Source: Candidatus Rokuibacteriota bacterium (lineage in GTDB: Bacteria > Methylomirabilota > Methylomirabilia > Rokubacteriales > DASRDR01). Taken from it: 22,540 nucleotides of DNA. The stretch spans positions 1 to 22,540 of the forward strand of contig JBIOTN010000015.1 of assembly GCA_044866005.1 (NCBI GenBank), given 5' to 3'. The number at the start of each line of letters is the position of its first letter. Within the stretch, counting starts at the first letter, position 1. The position numbers and the translations under genes were made by a program. Positions 1-7,299 of the stretch are shown one piece after another. Under the pieces are notes generated by a model, which was not told where the DNA came from, did no database searches, and saw only the letters and a program-made list of their open reading frames with translations.

Positions 1-39
1 CGTTCTTCGCGGCCGAACGGCTCGGGCCTGCCTCCCCCC
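1..39 (-). repeat. Structured repeat family C, left copy (truncated by window edge)
   Basis: 22-39 is the exact reverse complement of 22466-22483 (GGGGGGAGGCAGGCCCGA); both copies continue into a CGTTC...GAACG hairpin (1-19 here). Confidence 0.8.
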
Positions 40-87
40 AGGAGCCTCGCACAGTTGGCGCCGTGTGGGCTAGCGCATCCGCCAATA

Positions 88-207
88 GCCGGGCCGAGAA
101 GCGAGCAGCCCTAGGACGCAGGGCCGAGGCGGCCCGAGGCGTATGCTGCATACGTTGAGGGGCGCCGAGGCCCGAGGACGCCGGGATGCGACGCTTATCG
201 GCCCGGC
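88..207 (+). repeat. Structured repeat family A (REP/MITE-like ~120-nt hairpin with tandem G.A mismatches), copy 1
   Basis: Terminal arms GCCGGGCCGA (88-97) / TCGGCCCGGC (198-207); core GAGGCGTA...TACGTTGAG; 172-194 is identical to the reverse complement of 2453-2475. Confidence 0.85.
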
Positions 208-208
208 C

Positions 209-625
209 TCAGCAGACTTCGCGGGTGCGCTCCTGGACCAACTGCCCGTTCTGGTAGACGCGCTCCTGAATCTGCTTGCACCCGCTCGGCGCGACGCCCC
301 GGGGGTGGGCCTCCACCCGCTGCCAGCCGTCCTGAGTCTGGTACGCGACCGGCCGGTTCTCGGCCGCGGCCTCACGCGCGGCGCGGGACGAGATCTCGGT
401 CAAGGTGCCGCCGAGGACCGCGCCCAGAGCGCCCCCGATGACGGCGCCGCGCCAGGCGTTCTTCCGGTCGATCAGCGCCCCCGCGCCGGCCCCGACCGCC
501 GCGCCCGCGCCCGCGCCCTGGTAGGTCCGGGGCGTGGTGACGAGAGGCTCCGGCTGGGCCGCGCACGCGGCGAGCAGTGCCACCGCAAAGGTCGTCACGA
601 TCAACGCGCTCACGATACGACGCAT
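209..625 (-). CDS. Glycine-zipper lipoprotein (17-kDa surface antigen-like)
   Basis: Signal peptide with lipobox LAAC, GAGAGAAVGAGAGA / GAVIGGALGAVLGG glycine zipper, C-terminal Cys pair, GGAGGA RBS upstream. Confidence 0.85.
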   Translation of the reverse strand: MRRIVSALIVTTFAVALLAACAAQPEPLVTTPRTYQGAGAGAAVGAGAGALIDRKNAWRGAVIGGALGAVLGGTLTEISSRAAREAAAENRPVAYQTQDGWQRVEAHPRGVAPSGCKQIQERVYQNGQLVQERTREVC

Positions 626-689
626 GGGATGATTCCTCCGTCTTCGGCGGCGCCGGTCGACCCCCGGCCGGCCCGCGTTCGTCCCTCCG

Positions 690-1280
690 CTACTGGACGC
701 TCACCACCGCGACGACGGGGGTCATGATGAACTGGCCGTTCCCCGTCGCCTTGATCGACTGGTCGCCGTCGAAATCCACGGTGACCGTCGTCACGTTCTT
801 CGCCGTCACGTCGAACTCCCGGTTCAGCCGGATGTCGCCGGAGGGGATCTCCACCGGCGCGCTCGCGCCGGCCGGCGGCGAGATGGAGGCCGCGCAGGCC
901 GCGCCGCTCGAGGGGTTGTCGAAGAAGAGCGTCGCGCTCGCCAGCAGGAGCCGGATCTGGGTGTAGTGCCCGGCCGGCAACGGCCCCGTCCCGAGATCCG
1001 CCTGGGCCCCGCCCACGAGCTTCTTCAGGTCGCACGTCCGGCTGCCGCTCGCCAGCGTGACGAAGGAGCCGCCGCTCAGATGGGCGCTGACCTCGGAGAA
1101 GGTCAGGAGGACGGCCTTGGCGTCGCTGAACGGGCTGTCCCGGAGCTGGAGCGTGAGCGTGCCGTCGCCAGCCCCGCCGGTCGGGCCCGTGGTCTTGCTG
1201 GGGCCGCCACAGCCGAATGCCGTGAAGGCCACCACGATCAGTCCCGTCACGTAGAGGCGCGCTGCTGATGGTCGCCCCAT
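690..1280 (-). CDS. DUF4382-like lipoprotein
   Basis: ATG at 1280 follows GGAGGGAGG; lipobox AFGC, Gly/Thr linker, then LxLRDSP...GHYTQIRL...VDFDGDQSI...MTPVV typical of DUF4382. Confidence 0.8.
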   Translation of the reverse strand: MGRPSAARLYVTGLIVVAFTAFGCGGPSKTTGPTGGAGDGTLTLQLRDSPFSDAKAVLLTFSEVSAHLSGGSFVTLASGSRTCDLKKLVGGAQADLGTGPLPAGHYTQIRLLLASATLFFDNPSSGAACAASISPPAGASAPVEIPSGDIRLNREFDVTAKNVTTVTVDFDGDQSIKATGNGQFIMTPVVAVVSVQ

Positions 1281-1425
1281 GTCCGCCCTCCCTCCCGACC
1301 GCCGCCAACGGTAAGCCGGAACCCCGGTCCCGGCGCCCCTCACGGCAATCTTCTCACGCTACCGGGCGGAAACCGACAAAGGAGAATCGGCGACGGGCCG
1401 CTGCGGCGGAGGGGCGGGGCGGGGG

Positions 1426-2415
1426 TCAGCCCGCGACGCTCGCGGGTCGTCCCGTCTCGATCGAGCGGTAGGCCGCCAGCACGACGGCGAGATCCTGCCG
1501 CGCCGCCTCCGGGCGGAGCGCGGGCGGTCGACCTTCGCGGACCGCGGCGACGAACTCCGCGAGCTGGGCGCGGAGGCCACGCCGGTCACGCCAGAAGACC
1601 CGAAGCCGCGATCGGCCGCGCCGGCGAAGCCACAGCGAGCGGCCGCGAGGATCGACGCCGAGCGAGCCCTCGCGGCCGGTGACCCAGGCGCGCTGGCCGT
1701 GGGGCAGTCCCGGGGCGGCGAAGGAGTTCGCCAGCATCCCGACCGCCCCGGAGCGAAAGCGCATCACGACGAACGCCGTGTCCTCGCCCTCCAACTCCGC
1801 GAAGAGGTTGGCGGGGGCGACGGCGCTGACCTCCGTGATCGGCCCCCCCCAGTCGTGGCAGAGGTGGACGTAGTGGATCCCGCCGTCGATCAGGACGCCG
1901 CCGCCGACGGCGCCGCGCCGGCAACGCCAGCCGCCGGGACGGCGGAAGCCGCGCGCCGAGATGACGATCTGGCGGACCTCGCCGATCGCGCCGGCCGCCA
2001 GGAGCCGCCGCGCCGCCACGAAGGCCGGCACGAAGTGGAAGTTCTCGCCCACCATGAAGATGATGCCGGCGGCCGCCGCCTCGGCCAGCATCTGGTCCGC
2101 CTCGTCCAGCGTGCGCGCGATCGGCTTCTCGACGAGCGCCGCCTTCCGGTGCTTGGCGGCGAGCCGGACGTTGTCGAGGTGGAGATGGTGCGGCGTGCAG
2201 AAGAGCAGGGCGTGAACCCGCTCGTCGGCGGCCGCCGCGTCGTACGAGCCGAACGCCGCCACGCCCCCGAATCGCCGGCGGTAGGCCTCCGCGCAGGCCG
2301 GATCCCGGCTCGCGAAGGAGAGCGCAACGCCTCGGCCCAGCCGGCGGGCCGCGCGAGCGTGAAACGTCGCGAAGCGGCCACAGCCGACGATGCAGAGCCC
2401 GACGGCGCGCGGCAT
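1426..2415 (-). CDS. Gfo/Idh/MocA family oxidoreductase
   Basis: N-terminal VGCGRFA Rossmann motif, EKP motif, GGGVLIDGGIH catalytic motif, EDTA motif. Confidence 0.92.
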   Translation of the reverse strand: MPRAVGLCIVGCGRFATFHARAARRLGRGVALSFASRDPACAEAYRRRFGGVAAFGSYDAAAADERVHALLFCTPHHLHLDNVRLAAKHRKAALVEKPIARTLDEADQMLAEAAAAGIIFMVGENFHFVPAFVAARRLLAAGAIGEVRQIVISARGFRRPGGWRCRRGAVGGGVLIDGGIHYVHLCHDWGGPITEVSAVAPANLFAELEGEDTAFVVMRFRSGAVGMLANSFAAPGLPHGQRAWVTGREGSLGVDPRGRSLWLRRRGRSRLRVFWRDRRGLRAQLAEFVAAVREGRPPALRPEAARQDLAVVLAAYRSIETGRPASVAG

Positions 2416-2424
2416 GGCGAGAGC

Positions 2425-2433
2425 ATGCTAGCA
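2425..2433 (-). promoter_or_regulatory. Extended -10 promoter element, near-leaderless transcript
   Basis: TGCTAGCAT (TGn + TAnnnT) ends 9 nt before the ATG at 2415; no SD sequence. Confidence 0.5.
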
Positions 2434-2439
2434 CGCCCC

Positions 2440-2561
2440 GCGGGGGCGATAGGCGTCGCATCCCGGCGTCCTCGGTCGTCGGCCGCCCTCAACGTGAAAC
2501 CGCGTACGCCTCGGGCGGCCTCCTCCTCTCCGTCCTGGGGCTGCTTGCGTCTCGCCCCGGC
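2440..2561 (-). repeat. Structured repeat family A, copy 2
   Basis: Reverse complement aligns end to end with 88-207; inner stem GGCCGCCC/GGGCGGCC (2481-2488/2513-2520); outer stem GGGGCGA/TCGCCCC (2443-2449/2552-2558). Confidence 0.85.
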
Positions 2562-2587
2562 GTTTGGGGACGACGCGTCGCGTCAGG

Positions 2588-2593
2588 TACAAT
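2588..2593 (+). promoter_or_regulatory. Sigma70-type -10 element for the thiolase operon
   Basis: TACAAT in a very GC-rich context, 43 nt upstream of the start at 2637; -35 is weak. Confidence 0.5.
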
Positions 2594-2636
2594 GAAGGTG
2601 CGGGTTCACCCCGAGGTCTCCGCCAAAGGAGCGACG

Positions 2637-3797
2637 ATGCGCAAGGTCGCGGTGATCGGAGTCGGCGTCACGACGTTCGGCAAGCACGAGAGGACGTGCG
2701 CGGAGCTCTTCGCCGAGGCCGCGGTGGAGGCCTTGCAGGACGCGGCCCTCGACCCGCGTCGGGTGGAGGGCGTGTACGTCGGCAACGTCGTGGGGGAGGC
2801 CGCCGAGCGCCAGCTCCACATGGGCCCTCAGCTCGCCTCCGCGCTCGGCCTGCCGTCCGTGGCGGCGACGCGGTTCGAGACCGCCTGCGCGTCGAGCCAT
2901 GCCGCGTTCCGCCACGCCCTCTTCGAGATCGGCGCGGGCGCGGCGGACGTCCTGCTGGTGGGCGGCGCCGAGCGCGTGCTCACGATGCCGACCGACCGCT
3001 CCACCGAGGTCTTCGCCTACGCCTCCGACGCCGTCTTCGAGCAACCGGCGGGGCTGACGTTTCCCGGCGTCTTCGCGCTGATCGCGCGCGCCCACATGGC
3101 GAAGTACGGGACGACCGAGGAGCAGATGGCTCACGTCGCCGTGAAGAACCACCGGCACGGGGCCCTGAACCCCAAGGCCCAGTTTCAGAAGGCGATCACC
3201 GTCGAGCAGGTCCTGGCCAGCGCCAAGGTCGCCGACCCGCTCAAGCTCTACGACTGCTGCCCCTTCAGCGACGGAGCCGCCGCCGTCCTGATCGCCTCGG
3301 AGGAGGTCGCCCGACGGACCCGGCGGCCGATCTGGGTCCTGGCCTCCGCACAGGCGGGCGACGCGATGTGCCTGCACGACAAGCGCGACCTCACGCGGGC
3401 GCTTGCCACCGAGCGGGCCGCGCAGGCGGCGTACCGGCAGGCCGGTCTCGGTCCGCAGGACGTCGACGTGGTCGAGCTCCACGACTGTTTCACGATCGCC
3501 GAGATCGTGGCGACCGAGGGGCTGGGCCTCGTGGAGCCGGGCGTCGGCGGACTCGCCGCGGAGAAGGGCGAGACGAGCCTGGGCGGCCGCGTGCCGGTCA
3601 ACACGTCGGGCGGCCTGAAGGCCAAGGGGCACCCCATCGGCGCGACGGGCGCGGCTCAGATCGCCGAGATCACGACGCAGCTCCGCGGCGAGGCGGGCCC
3701 GCGGCAGGTCGAGGGCGCGACGGTCGGCCTGAGCCACACGCTCGGCGGCAACACGGCGACGGTGCTCGTCAGCCTCTTCGGACGAATGCCGCGGTGA
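2637..3797 (+). CDS. Thiolase-domain protein (SCP2-thiolase/archaeal-type acetyl-CoA acetyltransferase-like)
   Basis: ETACASS with nucleophilic Cys, NPKAQ, DCCPFSDGAAA, ELHDCF, SGGLKAKGHPIGATG; ATG 2637 follows AAAGGAG. Confidence 0.92.
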   Translation: MRKVAVIGVGVTTFGKHERTCAELFAEAAVEALQDAALDPRRVEGVYVGNVVGEAAERQLHMGPQLASALGLPSVAATRFETACASSHAAFRHALFEIGAGAADVLLVGGAERVLTMPTDRSTEVFAYASDAVFEQPAGLTFPGVFALIARAHMAKYGTTEEQMAHVAVKNHRHGALNPKAQFQKAITVEQVLASAKVADPLKLYDCCPFSDGAAAVLIASEEVARRTRRPIWVLASAQAGDAMCLHDKRDLTRALATERAAQAAYRQAGLGPQDVDVVELHDCFTIAEIVATEGLGLVEPGVGGLAAEKGETSLGGRVPVNTSGGLKAKGHPIGATGAAQIAEITTQLRGEAGPRQVEGATVGLSHTLGGNTATVLVSLFGRMPR

Positions 3798-4204
3798 CTC
3801 GGGACGCGGCAGCGGCTCCCGGCGGCGCCCTCACGCTGAAGGAGTTCTTCCAGGAAGTCCGGGCCGGGCGGCTCGTCGTCCAGCGCTGCTCGGCCTGCGG
3901 CGAGCTCGCGGTCCCGCCCAAGGCGCTTTGCCCGGCGTGCCACGCGCAGGCCTGGACGCGGGTTCCCCTCCGCGGCGAGGGTGAGGTCGCGTCCTTCACC
4001 GTGATCCGCGTTCCGCCCGCGCCCCTCGCCGGCCAGGCCCCGTACGCCGTGGGCGTCGTCCGCTTCCCCGAGGGCGTCTCGCTGCTCGGTCGGCTCACGG
4101 ACGTCCCGGTCGAAGCCCTTCGGGTAGGCCTGCCGGTCCGGTTCGTCCGACCGGCGGATCCCGCCGCCGACCCCCCGGTCATCGCGTTCGCGCCACGCGC
4201 CTGA
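3794..4204 (+). CDS. Zn-ribbon/OB-fold protein (DUF35 family)
   Basis: QRCSACG...PPKALCPAC rubredoxin-like ribbon, GEVASFTVI...PYAVGVV OB fold; GTGA overlap with the thiolase stop. Confidence 0.9.
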   Translation: MTRDAAAAPGGALTLKEFFQEVRAGRLVVQRCSACGELAVPPKALCPACHAQAWTRVPLRGEGEVASFTVIRVPPAPLAGQAPYAVGVVRFPEGVSLLGRLTDVPVEALRVGLPVRFVRPADPAADPPVIAFAPRA

Positions 4205-4217
4205 GGCGCCACCTCGG

Positions 4218-5051
4218 ATGACCACGGTCTGGCCACGCGGCGGCCGCTGCGCCGTCACTCTGACGTTCGATTTCGATGCCGAGGCGGGGTGGCTGTCGCG
4301 CGATCCCACGGTCGCGGCGCGCCCGGGCATCCTCTCCCAGGGCCGGTACGGCGCGAAGGTCGGCGTACCGCGCATCCTCGCGCTGCTCGCCGCGGAAGGG
4401 GTTCCCGCGACGTTCTTCCTCCCGGGGTGGGTCGCCGAGCGCCACGCCGAGACCGCCCGCGCCATCCGGGACGCCGGCCACGAGATCGGGCACCACGGCT
4501 ACCTGCACGAGCGCGCCGACCCGGACAAGCCTGATGCGGAGCGCGAGGCCTTCGCCCGAGGGCTCGAGGCCCTGCGGACCGTGCTCGGGGTCCGCCCCAG
4601 CGGGTTCCGCGCGCCCGGCTGGGACCTGACCCCGATCACCCTGGACCTCTTGCGCGAGCACGGGTTCACGTACTCCTCGAACCTCATGGACGATGTCTTC
4701 CCCTACGTTCACCCCGGGCCGGGGCGGCCCATCGTGGAGCTGCCGGTCCAGTGGTTGCTCGACGACGCGCCCTTTTACATGTTCCATCCGCGACTCGTGA
4801 ACCGGCCGATCCAGAGCGCCGAGACGGTGTTCGGGATCTGGCGGGACGAGTTCCTCGGGCTCTACGAGTGGGGCGGGCTCTTCAATCTGACCATGCATCC
4901 CCAGCTGAGCGGCCACCCGTCGCGGCTGCGCTGGCTGAGAACGTTGATCCGGTTCGTGAAGGCGCGGGAGGACGTGTGGTGGGCCACCTGTGGGCAGGTG
5001 GCGGAGCACTGGCTGGCCCGCGCGGGCGTCGACACGCCGCGCCCGGCCTGA
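4218..5051 (+). CDS. Polysaccharide deacetylase family protein (CE4, PuuE/H. pylori PgdA-like)
   Basis: TFDFD, HEIGHHGYLH, GFRAP, ELPVQWLLDD and LTMHP motifs. Confidence 0.9.
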   Translation: MTTVWPRGGRCAVTLTFDFDAEAGWLSRDPTVAARPGILSQGRYGAKVGVPRILALLAAEGVPATFFLPGWVAERHAETARAIRDAGHEIGHHGYLHERADPDKPDAEREAFARGLEALRTVLGVRPSGFRAPGWDLTPITLDLLREHGFTYSSNLMDDVFPYVHPGPGRPIVELPVQWLLDDAPFYMFHPRLVNRPIQSAETVFGIWRDEFLGLYEWGGLFNLTMHPQLSGHPSRLRWLRTLIRFVKAREDVWWATCGQVAEHWLARAGVDTPRPA

Positions 5052-5092
5052 GTACCCGAAGCGCGGCGTCCCCCGCCGGAGGCGACCGCGGC

Positions 5093-5317
5093 TCACTCGG
5101 TCTGGCGGGCGCGATCCCACACCTCGAAGCACTGCTTGTGGAAGCGAAGCGTCGCCCCGCCCTGGAGGTCGCATTCGCACTCGATGTCGGTGGCGACGAT
5201 CGGGCGGTCACAGGCCGCGCAGGTGTGGCCCCGGCCAGGCCCGAACCACGTCGCCTGGCACCTCTGCCGCGGCAGCATGCCCGCGGTGAGCAGGTCCCTG
5301 ACCCTGGTGAGGAGCAC
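5093..5317 (-). CDS. Small hypothetical protein with CxxC...HxxC putative zinc finger
   Basis: 74 aa, WFGPGRGHTCAACDRPI...LRFHKQCFEVW; fills the gap between genes; start codon uncertain. Confidence 0.7.
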   Translation of the reverse strand: MLLTRVRDLLTAGMLPRQRCQATWFGPGRGHTCAACDRPIVATDIECECDLQGGATLRFHKQCFEVWDRARQTE

Positions 5318-5397
5318 GTTCTGTTCGATGGAGCGACCCCCGGGTGGGCGATGTGTGGCCCCCCGACGAGCCGGTGCAAGAGCAGTGCCGGCGCGCC

Positions 5398-7023
5398 TCA
5401 GAGGCGCGTGCCCAGCTCGCGGTCGAAGCCCGGGAGGATGGCCTTGAAAAAGGCGTTCTGGAGCAGGCGGACGACGACCTGCCAGGTGCTCGCCTTCGGG
5501 TCGTCGAGCGAGCCTGAGATGTCGGCCTTCGTGGCGACTTCTTCACGCGGCCGATTTTCCAGGAGCTTCGAGATGCCGCCGACGAGCCCCTCGTAGACCT
5601 TGCGGAAGATGCTCTTCTCCCGGTCCTGGCGCTTGTCGTAAACCTTCATGTCGCGAAAGAGGGGCTTGACGTAGCCCTCGATCGCCCGGTGCTTCACCGA
5701 GAGCTCCGTGTACAACGAGAAGAGCCCGCGCACGACGTCGAACTTCCCGTAGGCGCGCAGGAGGTCGTTCATCGTGCGCATGTCGGTGTTGTGGATGCGC
5801 ACGTTGAGGTCGAAGTCCGCGCCGTTCGTCTCCGGGCGGAAGGTGGCGGTCGCGACGGTCGTGCCGCTGCCCATGAACCGCCCGCGCAGGTTCGCGACCG
5901 CCGTGCCTTCCGTGAACTGGTTGCTGAGATTGGTCATCTCGAGGTCGGTGTCTGCCAGGAAGATCCGGTAGTCGGGGGTCGCCGCCTCGTTGACGAAGCC
6001 GAACGTGCCCTCGACGATTCGCGCGCGGTCGACGCGGATCAGGGTCGCCGGCGCATTGCTGACCTCCCTGGCCTTCTGCCGGGCTTTCCGGGCGACGCGC
6101 GCCTCGCTCTCCTTCGTCTCCGATTTGTGGACGTAGTCGATCCGGGCCCTCTCGAGCGTCAACTCGCCGAGGTGCGCCAGGGTCGCGCCGTCGTGCGCAT
6201 ACTCGATGGTGCCGGTCGTGGAGAGCACCCCCCGCTCCACCACCAGGTTGTACCGCTGGGTGATCGGGCGGAAGTAGTCGAGCTGGATCTTCTCCAGGCT
6301 CACGTCCGCCTTCACCCCGAGGTGCGGCTCGGCGAGGAAATCGGCGTGGCCGTCGAGGGCGACCCGACCGGTGTCGAACACCACCGCCTCCAGCCGGATG
6401 TCCGAGGGGTACGTGCGCGCCCGGGAGCGGATGTTCCGGATGTTCACGGCCCGGGCGTTGATGTGCGTCAGGTGGAGCGGCTTGAAGGGTCCCTCGTCCT
6501 GGTACGTGACGTCGCCGTTCACGATCTTCAGCTCGTTGATCTTGAACGGGTACACGGACTCGAGCGCGGCCTGCCACCCGCGCTCCTTGACGGGCATCCG
6601 ATCCTTCTGCTCCTGCCGGAAGTGCGCCAGGTTCACGTAGACGACCGGATCCTGGAAACGGAAGTCGGCGACGATGTGCCCGGTCACGAGCTCGCGCCAC
6701 TGCACGCTCGCGGTGAGCCGCGGGATTCGCCCCACGGGCGGATCCGGGTTCGCCTGCTGGACGACCAGCAGGTCTTCGAGGTCGAGGGAGAAGCCGAAGA
6801 GATGGAAGTCGGCGCGCCCGAGGCGCACCGTGTACCCGTGCAGGCGGTCGTTCATCTTCCGCTCGAGGTGCCGGCGGATGGGCTCGTCCAGCAGGACGTC
6901 GAGCGTGACGATGAGCAGGACCGGCACGAGTAGCCCCGCGGCGAGCCAGGGCCAGCGCCGCCGAATGAAGCGGCCGACCCGGGCGCGCCCGGAGCGGAGG
7001 ATCTCGGCCGGTCGTCTGCCCAT
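5398..7023 (-). CDS. DUF748 domain protein (AsmA-like, N-terminal membrane anchor)
   Basis: Basic N-terminus, single TM segment (WPWLAAGLLVPVLLIVTL), long beta-rich body, GYVKPLF and NAFFKAILPGF C-terminal motifs; strong GC3 bias in this frame. ATG 7023 chosen as start. Confidence 0.8.
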   Translation of the reverse strand: MGRRPAEILRSGRARVGRFIRRRWPWLAAGLLVPVLLIVTLDVLLDEPIRRHLERKMNDRLHGYTVRLGRADFHLFGFSLDLEDLLVVQQANPDPPVGRIPRLTASVQWRELVTGHIVADFRFQDPVVYVNLAHFRQEQKDRMPVKERGWQAALESVYPFKINELKIVNGDVTYQDEGPFKPLHLTHINARAVNIRNIRSRARTYPSDIRLEAVVFDTGRVALDGHADFLAEPHLGVKADVSLEKIQLDYFRPITQRYNLVVERGVLSTTGTIEYAHDGATLAHLGELTLERARIDYVHKSETKESEARVARKARQKAREVSNAPATLIRVDRARIVEGTFGFVNEAATPDYRIFLADTDLEMTNLSNQFTEGTAVANLRGRFMGSGTTVATATFRPETNGADFDLNVRIHNTDMRTMNDLLRAYGKFDVVRGLFSLYTELSVKHRAIEGYVKPLFRDMKVYDKRQDREKSIFRKVYEGLVGGISKLLENRPREEVATKADISGSLDDPKASTWQVVVRLLQNAFFKAILPGFDRELGTRL

Positions 7024-7185
7024 GAAGATGCCGTCGCGCGTGACCGTGAAGGACTCGTCCGAGGCCCGAAGCAAAGGCGGTGCCGGACGTCTCAGGTGGG
7101 AGAGCCCTCGGGGCGCCGGTCGCGACGCGGCCGTCGGACCCCGCGGGGCCGGCAAGCGGGGGTGGGTCGGCCCGTACGGGAAAGC

Positions 7186-7214
7186 TTGGTGCCACCGGGG
7201 GCGTGGCCTACAAT
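7186..7214 (+). promoter_or_regulatory. Sigma70-type promoter for the OmpA-domain operon
   Basis: TTGGTG (7186-7191), 17 nt spacer, TACAAT (7209-7214). Confidence 0.55.
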
Positions 7215-7299
7215 AGCGCCGATTTTCTCGAGACCGGCCCAGGCACGGGCGTCTCACCGGGCGCTCCGTCGGGGCCCCGGCTCCAAGGGGGGACACGCG

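Noticed and set aside
2564..4204. 546-aa ORF suggesting a long N-terminal extension on DUF35
   Set aside because: Only the part from GTG 3794 is protein-like. The same artefact affects 7791..9071, 9265..11091, 12099..13136, 5398..7296 and 7096..8430.
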